The notes below the pieces were generated by a model, which ran no database searches, was not told the origin of the DNA, and saw nothing but the letters and a program-made list of their open reading frames with translations. Shown here piece by piece: positions 54,101 to 63,683 of a DNA stretch of 64,000 bases (its first letter is position 1; the number at the start of each line of letters is the position of its first letter). Source of the DNA: a virus. Location: IMG/VR virus record IMGVR_UViG_3300032291_003205, positions 38,224-102,223 of that record, one strand, 5' to 3'. A program made the position numbers and the translations under genes.

Positions 54101-56515
54101 TATTCCTCTAACTATCAGTGGTTTGATTATATCAGATTAATTGAATTCTTTGATAACTCTTTATTTAAGATGTTACAAGACTTTATTCCAGCTAGATCTG
54201 ATTTGGCTGCGGGTATTGTAGTTAAACAACACGTTTTAGAAAGAAATAAATATCCTGTTCCTCAAGTAACACTTACTGCTTCTTTAGCTAATATTGCTTC
54301 GGGTTCAACAAATATTCCTTATATTGTTCAAGATCAAACAATTACTGCCTCAATTTTAGTAGGACATATTACTGGAAGTAATGGAGGTACAATGCCTGAT
54401 TTGTTTGGTCAAACACAATCATTCAATTATTTTGTAAATATAACTCAAAGCTGGTCAGGTAGTAATTTAACACCTGCTGGTTATGTAGGATATATTCATG
54501 ATTCACAAGATGAATTCTTTAACGGAGAATTAAGTGGATCTGTATTAACTGTTACTACAGGATCATTAAGTGATTGTAATGTTGAGATCTACCAAGTATA
54601 TACTACTAGTTCTATTAACGGACCGTTTACAGGAATAACTTTTTATTATTTCCCTGATTATGATTTTGAAACTGATAAAACTTATTATCTAACGTTTACT
54701 GAAGCTAATGATGCTTTAGCCCTAGCCTCCGGATCAGTTCAAATTACCGATTCATCTAATGTATCAGGAAACCAAAGAGTTATATATTCTGGAAGCGGGG
54801 ATTTAGCTCCTGGTTCTTCTAGAACTATAAATAATTTAGAAGTTCAAGGAATTATTCCTCCATTAATTTTCTCAAGTAATAACGTTTTAGCATATCTTAC
54901 AGTAACTGCATTTACAGCATCCGTTGCTTTTATAGATCAAGATTGTGAAGTTTTAGCCGGAGATGCTCAAGCTCCAAGACAAAATTCTAAATATATGTTG
55001 GTTGATTTTGATAACAGTTTTATTACTGCATCAAACGAGGCCGCTATTTTATCAGGATATGCTACTAAAGCAGCAGTACCTGATTCATACTATACTTCAG
55101 CTCGTCAAATTAACTCAAGATATATTGGTAAAGAATTAGTAGTTTCTAATCTAAATAAATGGACAGAAGGAGATATTTCTTATGGTAAATCAGTTACTGT
55201 AGGTAATCCGGAAGTTAATTTTGTATATTTTAATAGTGTAGGAAGCACATCACCTGAATGGGGTAATAATATTTCTGCTAAAACACAAGCAAACGTTAAG
55301 TTAATTGTAAATGCCTCTGGAAGTGTTACTAAACCAATTAATGATGTTGAGGGGATTAATTTAGGAACTATTCAACAATCATTTGTTGATAGTGGAAACG
55401 CTACTTTAGTATTAGATGATTACGATACTTTTGGAGTTAATTTAAATATACTAAATGGTACATGGCCTATATTTAAAAGTGGAATAAGCATAGCCCCTAT
55501 TTTATATACTCAAACAGCAAGTTATGATAATAACGGAGATATTATAGGATTTGGATACACAGGATCTATTACTTTTACTCAAGGACAACAAGGCCCTGAT
55601 CCAACTAAAAATAATTATCAATTATTAACTTATGGAATTAACTTTAATAGCATACAACCCTCAACTCTTCCTAAAAAACTTGACTTTTCACCCCCAGTTA
55701 TTTTAGGACCAGATGCTGTCTTTCCTACATCATCTGATGCTTATTCTCCTATAGGTTCTTTAACTAACTTATCAAGTTCAGGGTATGTGTTAACTTTTCA
55801 AGCACATATTGAGGCTAGTAATATATACGCAGCTAAAATTGATTATTCACTCCAAAAAAATGGAGTTGAAGTAGCTAGAATTCAAATTAACCATGCTGCT
55901 ACTAAAGCAGGAGATATTTATTATACTGATGCTAATGCTACTACATCTGATTCATACACTGTAAACGCGGTTGCTTATCAACCTTTCTCAGGAACCGCCC
56001 CTATAGTTCAATTAAATGCTTCCTCTTACTTTAGAGTAACCCAATCCCCTCTACCAGGCACTGGTATTTGTACCGATTTCTGGTATACAGGTTCTGGTAC
56101 CCCTAATATTTTATTAGCTAGTACAGCATCAAACGGATTAAATAGATATATAGGATCAAGACAACAAAGTATTGAAAGAAGTGGATTTAATCCTATTTCT
56201 TTAGATTTTGAACCTCAACAATATGATGAGATTAGATTCCAAGGAATTGAAAATTTAGCTTATTCTATTCTTAATGTTTCTTCTTCTAATGGCCAATTAC
56301 AATTACAGTTAAGTGGAAATATACCTAATGGAACTAATCTAAGTTATTTTCTATTAAGAAGATATGTTTCTGATCCTTCAAATATTATTTTGGATTTAAA
56401 CAAACCAGCAGGCGCAAGTAGTGGTGGTGTTTTAAAACCAGAATATGTAACTGATGAATTAAACAAAAACTTAGATACAATAGTTCAAAACTTAAAATCA
56501 AAAGGCCTAATATAA
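51149..56515 (+). CDS. Large baseplate / tail structural protein
   Basis: 1788 aa; LKKKGS...LRALINLFGVP...ISEFGG wedge motif; LamG-like segment. Confidence 0.7.
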   Translation: MAEIININPINPLTFELQEYSVSDSSLITSFDIDTTFNPNIDYLEYFIYDLNGNILTQNVSGYPGYKLIDNDVVLYPEVDLKAYGYTEGQYNTLYNFLSPKLGSNSFTPYYISEISSDRTEVRLDTTAIPNALVISSSLELINDITNSTGSYYDFYLNFGNNDLVIAVNALLDTTDSTNPTVLIKLYEPLPPQFDLQSQLWVVNQVSEPVAYNINISQTFDIADNNIQLRGPNTNISVKNQINNSTDYSNYQALSATTAKTGSNSLQYQLNNLLAQTGVTVNVDYSDYSNFIHFSNAQVRLENFYYKLSLIEQYSYSSSLSNNTPSNYYVSQSSVIYQSKIDAIITTFDNYEYYLYYNSGSTNWPKSNTAPPYVNVSTTSSAGLTWFASQSAVAELYDSENNDALTLAIPSYLRDDDNNQQYILFVEMIGQLFDEVFVYLQGITDKANNDNRLTYGVSKDLVADVLRDLGIKIYQNNFSSNDLYQALIGITPSGSLYNLPFTTPTLPVPSGSGLQYITTYITASTTSSLIPTYDINASVYKRIYNSVPYILKKKGSYAGLRALINLFGVPDTVLRISEFGGQNKINTNDYDYWYNQFNYAFYTSGSNYVTSSFSLNNAWASSNDVPQAVEFRFKTDGLPQNTASIASQSLWETDGLIKLVLKYTGSGYTSGSYSGSVINPYNQYAKLDFIPDYTSPQTSASVYLPFYDGGWWSVLVNKEGTNYTLTAKNKIYIGDDGNFIGFQASSSINPSTSDPWNNSTKSYFGISSSLSGKIFTGSLQEIRYYTNALSQSNFDDYVMNPYAIDGNYVNSAPYVLAFRAPLGSDLITGSTTSIHPKITGSWVATSSFASNSSYYYKSTPAFEQNTEVIFVNEFPAGIKNRISNKIQQQNIVLPYSSSDSNIPNADVLSPFRSIQQQSTLSGSYTKNINYVEIAFSPQNEINDDINEQLGYFNIGEYIGDPRLQSTTAESYPDLDALRDAYFEKYSSNYQWFDYIRLIEFFDNSLFKMLQDFIPARSDLAAGIVVKQHVLERNKYPVPQVTLTASLANIASGSTNIPYIVQDQTITASILVGHITGSNGGTMPDLFGQTQSFNYFVNITQSWSGSNLTPAGYVGYIHDSQDEFFNGELSGSVLTVTTGSLSDCNVEIYQVYTTSSINGPFTGITFYYFPDYDFETDKTYYLTFTEANDALALASGSVQITDSSNVSGNQRVIYSGSGDLAPGSSRTINNLEVQGIIPPLIFSSNNVLAYLTVTAFTASVAFIDQDCEVLAGDAQAPRQNSKYMLVDFDNSFITASNEAAILSGYATKAAVPDSYYTSARQINSRYIGKELVVSNLNKWTEGDISYGKSVTVGNPEVNFVYFNSVGSTSPEWGNNISAKTQANVKLIVNASGSVTKPINDVEGINLGTIQQSFVDSGNATLVLDDYDTFGVNLNILNGTWPIFKSGISIAPILYTQTASYDNNGDIIGFGYTGSITFTQGQQGPDPTKNNYQLLTYGINFNSIQPSTLPKKLDFSPPVILGPDAVFPTSSDAYSPIGSLTNLSSSGYVLTFQAHIEASNIYAAKIDYSLQKNGVEVARIQINHAATKAGDIYYTDANATTSDSYTVNAVAYQPFSGTAPIVQLNASSYFRVTQSPLPGTGICTDFWYTGSGTPNILLASTASNGLNRYIGSRQQSIERSGFNPISLDFEPQQYDEIRFQGIENLAYSILNVSSSNGQLQLQLSGNIPNGTNLSYFLLRRYVSDPSNIILDLNKPAGASSGGVLKPEYVTDELNKNLDTIVQNLKSKGLI

Positions 56516-56556
56516 AATTAAACTTATACATATTTATAACAAAATATTAAACTCAA

Positions 56557-57219
56557 ATGGGATATTTAAATAATACAGTAGTAACAGTTGATGCGATCTT
56601 AACAGATGTAGGACGTCAATTACTAGCTCAAAATGATGGTCAATTTAGAATTACACAGTATTCTCTAGCAGACGATGAAATTGATTATTCTTTGTACAAT
56701 CCAACTAATCCTTCAGGTTCTGCTTATTATGGTGAGGCTATTATAAACATGCCTTTATTAGAGGCGTTTCCTCAAGCTAACCAAACTATGAAGTACAAGT
56801 TAGTAACTTTACCTCGTGGAACAGCTAAAATGCCTATTATTAATATTGGTTATTCTTCAATCATTATTAAACAAGGTGCTTCATTAGCAATTACTCCTCA
56901 AACATTAAATTATCAAGGTGGAAATACATATGAGGCTAGTGGATACACAGCTACTATTTCTGATGTAAGATTGTTTAATACCTTTGAAGGTGTTGGAATT
57001 AATACTCCCGCTGTTCAAGCTTTAAACTTAACAAATCAAACCACAACATTAGGTACTTCAGTATCTAAAACAGTAGTAGGTAGTACTATCAATATGACAG
57101 CCACTACAGTTAACGTATTATTTGGTACAACTACTCAACTGCAAGCATCTTTAACTATTGAAGGTAGAGATAGTGGTGCTCGTACAACAATTCCTGTAAC
57201 TGTAACTAAAGTATCTTAA
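56557..57219 (+). CDS. Putative tail structural protein
   Basis: DAILTDVGRQLLA...DDEIDY. Confidence 0.6.
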   Translation: MGYLNNTVVTVDAILTDVGRQLLAQNDGQFRITQYSLADDEIDYSLYNPTNPSGSAYYGEAIINMPLLEAFPQANQTMKYKLVTLPRGTAKMPIINIGYSSIIIKQGASLAITPQTLNYQGGNTYEASGYTATISDVRLFNTFEGVGINTPAVQALNLTNQTTTLGTSVSKTVVGSTINMTATTVNVLFGTTTQLQASLTIEGRDSGARTTIPVTVTKVS

Positions 57220-57229
57220 TATATAAAAA

Positions 57230-58267
57230 ATGTCTTTCGCAAGATTAGTACCCGAAGATTTCTTAGTAAGTACAACTGCTATTTCTGCTCCTTTATGGAC
57301 TAGTGGTAGTGTAAACCTTACATCATATTTTACATCATCTGTTCAAGCAAACGGAACAGCAGGTAATTATTATTTAAACATTTTTGATTCAGCAGCTACT
57401 TCTTCAATCCAATTTGCAATTGCTTATGGTAATGCTTATGGTAGTGGTAGTCGTGTTTATAATAATGTTGTAAATGGTTTATCTCCAACTTCAACCGTTT
57501 GGGGACAATGGCAAGATTTAACTATTGGAAACTCTAATACTAATTTTGTATTTGGAGCTGTTTCATCATCTGATTTCTTTGCTTTACCAATGGAAAGAGC
57601 TTGCTACAAAGAGTCTTTATTTTTAGGTTCTTTAGTACTTAAACTATCAGGTAGTGGAGGATTTGTTACAGTAACAGATAACAGTAATTACGTTACTAAT
57701 GTAGTTTATGGTCCAGCAGGTCGAGTATTCCAATTAATTTCAGGTTCACAAGGTGTTAGATACACAGGTTCAGCAACAACCTCAGATGGTTTTTCTGCTA
57801 ACTCTGGTTCTTATGGTTGGTTATTACCTGATATTGGAACAATTATTTTAAATCCTTTAGCTTTAGCTGCTCCCGCTATTAGTGGTGGTATTGCATTTGT
57901 TTATAGCGGTTCAAATTCTTCAGGTTCATTAACTTACTCTTCAGCAACTAATGCAAATGCTCAATTATATAGAGCAATTTCAGGTTCCGCAAATTTTTAC
58001 TTAAATTCTCAAGAATCCATCACTTCAGATTATGTGTTTGTAAGACCAAGAAGTGCCGAATTCAATTACTCAGAAAACCCTTCATTTGTTTCAGGTTCAA
58101 CGGGCGAAGTATTATATAGTAACTTTATTAATAATCCTCAAGTTTATATTACTACTATCGGTTTATACAACGATACAAACCAATTATTAGCTGTAGCTAA
58201 ACTTTCTAGACCATTGTTAAAAGATTTTACTAAAGAAGCTCTTGTGAGAGTTAAACTTGATTTCTAA
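57230..58267 (+). CDS. Putative tail structural protein
   Basis: YITTIGLYND...LLAVAKLSRP tail-collar-like C-terminus. Confidence 0.6.
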   Translation: MSFARLVPEDFLVSTTAISAPLWTSGSVNLTSYFTSSVQANGTAGNYYLNIFDSAATSSIQFAIAYGNAYGSGSRVYNNVVNGLSPTSTVWGQWQDLTIGNSNTNFVFGAVSSSDFFALPMERACYKESLFLGSLVLKLSGSGGFVTVTDNSNYVTNVVYGPAGRVFQLISGSQGVRYTGSATTSDGFSANSGSYGWLLPDIGTIILNPLALAAPAISGGIAFVYSGSNSSGSLTYSSATNANAQLYRAISGSANFYLNSQESITSDYVFVRPRSAEFNYSENPSFVSGSTGEVLYSNFINNPQVYITTIGLYNDTNQLLAVAKLSRPLLKDFTKEALVRVKLDF

Positions 58268-58272
58268 AATGA

Positions 58273-59259
58273 ATGAGCGCCTACAAACAATTTCTAGCAT
58301 CGGATATTATAATTGCTCCGTTCGAAGTAAATAAATCATTTTACTACGAGGGGGCTGCGGCTTTAACTAGCTCTTATGTTGGGATTGATAGGTATTTAGG
58401 AACTAATATAACTACCTCAAACTTTGATTCAGCAACTGCTCCTACAACAGGTCAAGTTGATACACAATATCAACAACTAATTTATCGTTCTATTGAAGAA
58501 CTTTATTACTCAAATTATTTAAATTCATCCTCTAGTTATGGTTCACCTGTAACTACAGCAAGTATTTTTCCTGGATCAAATACAACAGGGGATGTTTTAG
58601 TAGGTGCTACCTCCTCGGCTGGTAGATATTATAATTATCCTCAAACATCTTTAACTTTTGCTAAAAGTTTTCCAACAGAATCTAATGCCCAAATAGCTGT
58701 TATTTCTATTCCATCAAAATTATTTGGTAATTATATTCAACCTGGTTCTTTTGTATTTACTACCCCAAGCGGAAGTATAGTAGATGATGGAGAAGGAAAC
58801 TTATTTTATAGTACTACAGATACTTACTGTGGAAATATATTTTATCCTCACGGATTAGCTATTATTACTTTAGGTTCCCAATCAGCAGGAGCTACTTATG
58901 GAACTGCTGTTTATGGTACTTCTCTTTATGGGGGTGCAACAGTTAATATTATACAAGATATAGTAAACTTATCTAACGTTACTTGTTCATTTTCATCATC
59001 ACTTACAATTTATGAAACACAATACAAGTGTACAATAAATGAAAATGAGTTTAATGTAAGTTTAAATCCCTCTATTCTAGCTTCAGGATCAACAGATGTT
59101 TTAGAACCATATTGTACTTCATCTTACTTTAGTCCATATGTAACAACAGTAGGACTTTATAATGAGGCACAACAATTATTAGCAATAGGAAAGTTAGCTC
59201 AACCATTACCCACTTCACCTACAACAGATACTACAATACTTATAAACATAGATAGATAA
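58273..59259 (+). CDS. Putative tail structural protein (C-terminus paralogous to 57230)
   Basis: YVTTVGLYNE...LLAIGKLAQP. Confidence 0.6.
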   Translation: MSAYKQFLASDIIIAPFEVNKSFYYEGAAALTSSYVGIDRYLGTNITTSNFDSATAPTTGQVDTQYQQLIYRSIEELYYSNYLNSSSSYGSPVTTASIFPGSNTTGDVLVGATSSAGRYYNYPQTSLTFAKSFPTESNAQIAVISIPSKLFGNYIQPGSFVFTTPSGSIVDDGEGNLFYSTTDTYCGNIFYPHGLAIITLGSQSAGATYGTAVYGTSLYGGATVNIIQDIVNLSNVTCSFSSSLTIYETQYKCTINENEFNVSLNPSILASGSTDVLEPYCTSSYFSPYVTTVGLYNEAQQLLAIGKLAQPLPTSPTTDTTILINIDR

Positions 59260-59262
59260 ATT

Positions 59263-59706
59263 ATGTGGTTATACAATGAACAAGTTATTAGCTCAATTGA
59301 GGATATGCCTCAAGGAACATTCGGTTTTATATACATGACTACTCACAATTTAAGTGGGATATCGTATATTGGAAAAAAATCGTTATATCACAACGTTAAA
59401 CGTAAATTAACCAAAAAAGAACTGGCTGAGCATACCGGAAGAGGACGTAAACCTACAACCGAGGTAATTCAAAAAGAATCTGATTGGAAAACGTATTACG
59501 GATCTACAAAACAAATTGTAGAACTCATTAAAGGAGGTAAACAAGAGGACTTTACCCGTGAGATCATACAGTTTGTTTCTAATAAGAAACTTCTTACTTA
59601 CTATGAAAATAAATTTTTATTTATAAATGAAGTACTAGAACATCCTGATAAATGGATGAATGATAACATTCAAGGCCGCTTTTTCACAAAGGATTTAATA
59701 TTATGA
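59263..59706 (+). CDS. GIY-YIG (Seg-like) domain protein
   Basis: GFIY...YIGKK...ESDWKTYYGS...FTREI. Confidence 0.75.
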   Translation: MWLYNEQVISSIEDMPQGTFGFIYMTTHNLSGISYIGKKSLYHNVKRKLTKKELAEHTGRGRKPTTEVIQKESDWKTYYGSTKQIVELIKGGKQEDFTREIIQFVSNKKLLTYYENKFLFINEVLEHPDKWMNDNIQGRFFTKDLIL

Positions 59707-60356
59707 GCATTTTTTATGTATATTGTCACCGTAAAAAAACAGATGGAAAATGTTTTTACATAGGTAAAGGAAAAGGAAATAGATATAAAACAACTCAAAA
59801 TAGGAACCAACATTGGTATAATATTGTTAATAAACATGGTTTTGAAACTGAAATTTTAATTAATAATATTTCTGAAGAAAAAGCATTTGAATGGGAATCA
59901 TATTTCTGTAATCAAATAGGTTATGAAAATTTATGTAATATGAGAAAAGAAACAGGATGGGGTGGATATTCTCATTCTGAGGAAACTAAACAAAAACAAA
60001 GAATAAATAGAAATAAATATTTAACTAATAATAAAATGCCCTCTTCTTGTTATTTATTCACTCCAGAAAGAAAACAAAATACCTCTCAAGTTTGGAAACA
60101 AATTTGGGAAAAAGATAATGGAGAAATAGGTAAAAAAATATCTCAATCAAAAAAAGGTAAAAAAGGTAAAAAATTTACTAAAATAAAAGGATTAAAACCT
60201 ATTATTTGTGATACTTTATTTGGTATGGAATTTAAATCATTATCAGAGGCAAGTGAAGTTTTAAATCTAAATAAAGGTAATATATGTGAAGTTCTAAAAG
60301 GAAATAAAACTCATATAAAAGGATTTGTTTTTCGATATAAGGATTTTATATCTTAA
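59703..60356 (+). mobile_element. GIY-YIG homing endonuclease with NUMOD3 / NUMOD1 motifs
   Basis: FYVYCH...FYIGKG; HSEETKQK; FKSLSEAS...KGFVFRY. Confidence 0.8.
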
Positions 60357-60389
60357 TTTTTTTTTTTATATTTATTACAAAATAAAAAT

Positions 60390-60773
60390 ATGGATAATTT
60401 TGACTTAAAAAAATACTTAGTTGAAAACAAAGCAACTTTCAATTCTCGTTTAAATGAGGAAGAATCTAATTTTGAAATAGGAGATAAGTTCAAAGTAACC
60501 AAATCCCCAGACTCTAAAATAATGCAATACTTAAAAAGTGCAGTTTCTGCATTCTATGATAGAAAAATTCAACCACAAGTTGGAGATGTTTTTGAAGTAT
60601 TACCTAATGAATTTAAAGAATTTGAGGGTAAAGAGTACACTTTAAAAAATATAAATAGACCAGAAGAATTCATAAAAGCGTTAGGACCAATGGCCGACGA
60701 AGCTATAGTATCTATGCCTAAAAAATGGGTTGATGCTTTGTATTCTAAAGGATATTTTACAAAAGTAAATTAA
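60390..60773 (+). CDS. Hypothetical protein with MDNFDLKKYLVE leader
   Basis: TATTTAT motif upstream. Confidence 0.6.
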   Translation: MDNFDLKKYLVENKATFNSRLNEEESNFEIGDKFKVTKSPDSKIMQYLKSAVSAFYDRKIQPQVGDVFEVLPNEFKEFEGKEYTLKNINRPEEFIKALGPMADEAIVSMPKKWVDALYSKGYFTKVN

Positions 60774-60804
60774 AAAACTAAAATAACAAAAAATATTTAA
60801 AATT

Positions 60805-60839
60805 AAGCTTGGGAAACCAAGCTTTCTTTATTATATTTT
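60805..60839 (+). terminator. Terminator hairpin fused with promoter for primase
   Basis: AAGCTTGG-GAAA-CCAAGCTT + T-rich; TTG at 60809, TATATTTT at 60832. Confidence 0.65.
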
Positions 60840-60843
60840 GGTT

Positions 60844-61773
60844 ATGCTCAATCAACCACTGATTGCCTTAGTAAATTCTGTATTAGGAACTGGTAAACCA
60901 ACAGCGAGAGGTAACTATGCTTATAGTTGTCCCTTCTGTAATCACCATAAACCTAAATTAGAAATTAATTTTACTGAAAACCAAAAAGGAGAAAATCCTT
61001 GGCATTGTTGGGCTTGTGATAAGAAGGGTAAAAAGGTAGCTCAAGTATTTAAACAAAAGACAGCATCACCTGAAAAGATGATGGAGTTAAGAGCTTTAGT
61101 TAAAACAGAAACCTCCGATAGAGAATATGCTGTTGCCGAAAAAGTAAATCTACCCAAAGAATTTAAAACATTTAAAAATATCACTCAAACAAACATTTCA
61201 GGACGTCAAGCATTAGCTTACTTAAAATCCAGAAATATTACAGATGAGGATATACTTAAATACAATATTGGTTATTGTGAAACAGGTCCTTACAAAAACA
61301 TGGTTGTTATTCCCTCATATGATGCTAGTGGAAGCTTAAATTATTTTACAGGTCGTTCGTTTGAAAAAGACCCTAAAATTAAATATAAAAATCCATCTGT
61401 ATCTCGTGACATTATACCATTTGAGTTATTTATAAATTGGGATATACCGTTTATATTATGCGAAGGACCATTTGACGCAATAGCCATTAAACGCAATGCA
61501 ATACCGTTATTAGGCAAAAATATACAATCAAACTTGATGAAGAAGATTGTAATGTCTAGTGTCGAAAAAATATATATAGCTTTAGACAAGGACGCTCAAA
61601 AACAAGCATTAAGTTTTTGTGAGCGTTTAATGAACGAAGGCAAAGAAGTTTATCTCGTAGACATGCATGATAAGGACCCAAGTGAAATGGGTTTTAAGAA
61701 TTTCATAAACATAATTTCAGACACATTGCCCTTAACATTCTCAGGGTTACTTGAGAAACGACTTTTCTTATGA
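60844..61773 (+). CDS. DNA primase (zinc finger + TOPRIM)
   Basis: CPFCNH...HCWAC; LCEGPFDA; ALDKDA; KDPSE. Confidence 0.9.
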   Translation: MLNQPLIALVNSVLGTGKPTARGNYAYSCPFCNHHKPKLEINFTENQKGENPWHCWACDKKGKKVAQVFKQKTASPEKMMELRALVKTETSDREYAVAEKVNLPKEFKTFKNITQTNISGRQALAYLKSRNITDEDILKYNIGYCETGPYKNMVVIPSYDASGSLNYFTGRSFEKDPKIKYKNPSVSRDIIPFELFINWDIPFILCEGPFDAIAIKRNAIPLLGKNIQSNLMKKIVMSSVEKIYIALDKDAQKQALSFCERLMNEGKEVYLVDMHDKDPSEMGFKNFINIISDTLPLTFSGLLEKRLFL

Positions 61774-62543
61774 GTAAAATAAAAAAATCTTACAACAGAA
61801 TTTTAGAAGTATCAGATGATGCTAAACAAATAACATTACCAGATTCCCGTTATTATAGACGAAATGGTGAATACTATCCCTCAATTACTTATGTTTTAGG
61901 TTATTATCCTAAAGGTAAGTTTTTTGAAGACTGGCTTAAAAAAGTAGGTTACTCTGCTGAACACATTGTTAGAAAAGCAGGTGAGGAAGGAACAGCAGTT
62001 CATGAAATGATTGAAGAATACCTTGAAGGTAAAGAAATGAATTTTATGAATCAATATGGTAATCCTCAATACAGTCCTGATGTATGGCAAATGTTTTTAC
62101 GTTTTGTTGATTTTTGGGAAACATATAATCCAAAATTAATTGAAGCCGAAATTCATTTATTTTCAGATGAAATCAAGGTAGCAGGTACTTGTGATTTGAT
62201 TGTTGAAATTGAAGATAAACTTTGGTTAATTGACTTTAAAACATCTAATCATATCCAACCTACTTATGAATTACAGACTGCTATTTACGGTAAATGTTAT
62301 GAGGAATGTTATGGTAAAAAAGTAGACAACTATGGTATCCTTTGGTTAAAATCCTCAAAACGTAAAGCCAATAAAGAAAAAATGCAGGGTAAAGGATGGG
62401 AAATGGTTTTATCTACTAGAACACAAGAGGAAAACATTGATATCTTTAAGACAGTAAAACGTTTATTTGATTTAGAAAATCCTACTCACGCTCCTATATT
62501 TACTGAGTTCAAGACCACGGTAAAAAGAAATTTGGAATCCTAA
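61770..62543 (+). CDS. PD-(D/E)XK exonuclease
   Basis: YPSIT, GTAVH, AGTCD...LIDFKTS, QTAIY. Confidence 0.85.
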   Translation: MSKIKKSYNRILEVSDDAKQITLPDSRYYRRNGEYYPSITYVLGYYPKGKFFEDWLKKVGYSAEHIVRKAGEEGTAVHEMIEEYLEGKEMNFMNQYGNPQYSPDVWQMFLRFVDFWETYNPKLIEAEIHLFSDEIKVAGTCDLIVEIEDKLWLIDFKTSNHIQPTYELQTAIYGKCYEECYGKKVDNYGILWLKSSKRKANKEKMQGKGWEMVLSTRTQEENIDIFKTVKRLFDLENPTHAPIFTEFKTTVKRNLES

Positions 62544-62577
62544 TTTATTTTCATTATATTTATGACAAATAATATCC

Positions 62578-63339
62578 ATGATTGGACTGATATCTTTATT
62601 AAAAGAAATACAAGGCAAGCCAAAAGCAATCTTTATGGCTGGTCCTGCTGGTTCGGGTAAATCATTTATATCTAAAAAATTAATCCCCTTAGATTTTACT
62701 ACTATTAATGTAGACGATACTTATGAGGAATTACTCAAATCCTCAGGTATTGGAATGAAATTAGCTAATATGTCACCTGATGAATTAAAAAAATCAGGTG
62801 AGCTAATGGGTCAAGCAAGAAAAGCAACAGATGCTAAACTTCAAGATGCTCTTAAAGACGCTAAAAATTTATTAATTGATAGTGTAGGAGGTTCATCTAA
62901 AACATTACTTAAGAAAAAACAAGAATTAGAATCATTAGGTTACGATACGGCAATGATAATGACTTATGTATCGCCTATTACCTCACTAGAGCGTAATAAA
63001 CAGCGAGACAGATCATTGTTGCCGAGTATTGTGATTCGTTCTTGGCGCGATGTAAATACCAATATAGACACGTATAGACAGGCCTTTGGTAATAACTTTA
63101 CCTTATTAAATTTAGATCCTGAGGATGCTAATAAAGATTTTGATGAGGAATTTATTTATAAAACTTACATTGAACCTTTAGGACAAGTAGGTAAAGAAAA
63201 ATCACCTGAAGAAAAAGCAAAATCTAAAGTAGAGGCAGATAAAATATATTCAGATATCAAACAAACTCTTAAATCACAACCTAAGTTTGATACAGTAGAA
63301 CAAGCAAAAATCAAAATTACTAACTTTATAAACAAATGA
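62578..63339 (+). CDS. P-loop kinase (AAA_33 / zeta-toxin-like)
   Basis: AGPAGSGKS, INVDD, SLERNKQRDR. Confidence 0.75.
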   Translation: MIGLISLLKEIQGKPKAIFMAGPAGSGKSFISKKLIPLDFTTINVDDTYEELLKSSGIGMKLANMSPDELKKSGELMGQARKATDAKLQDALKDAKNLLIDSVGGSSKTLLKKKQELESLGYDTAMIMTYVSPITSLERNKQRDRSLLPSIVIRSWRDVNTNIDTYRQAFGNNFTLLNLDPEDANKDFDEEFIYKTYIEPLGQVGKEKSPEEKAKSKVEADKIYSDIKQTLKSQPKFDTVEQAKIKITNFINK

Positions 63340-63683
63340 AAACATTACTAGACTTATTACTTGAAAGTGAATTAGCCGAAATGGATAATAAAGAAACCGT
63401 AGACGAAATCGGTAAATTCTTTATTGTAAAAAAACCAGGTAAAGGTATGACTAAAGAGGATATTATGTGTGAGATGACTGTATTTGATGAAATCAATAAA
63501 GAGGAAATCAAAGGTGTCTACAAACAAAAATCAGATGCCTCTAGAGTTGCTACTGAGGCAATTAAGCAATATGAGGGTATGATGAAGGAAGTAGAAGAGG
63601 CTATGAATGACTTTAGAGAAAGTAAAAAGTCAATTGAGGAAAAGAAAAAAATTGCTAAAGAAAAAATCGAAAGATTAAAATAA
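63336..63683 (+). CDS. Hypothetical protein
   Basis: MKTLLDLLLE leader; coiled-coil end. Confidence 0.6.
   Translation: MKTLLDLLLESELAEMDNKETVDEIGKFFIVKKPGKGMTKEDIMCEMTVFDEINKEEIKGVYKQKSDASRVATEAIKQYEGMMKEVEEAMNDFRESKKSIEEKKKIAKEKIERLK

Noticed and set aside
61770-62543. Cas4 of a CRISPR system
   Set aside because: Lacks the four-Cys Fe-S cluster pattern; ordinary phage PD-(D/E)XK nuclease next to primase
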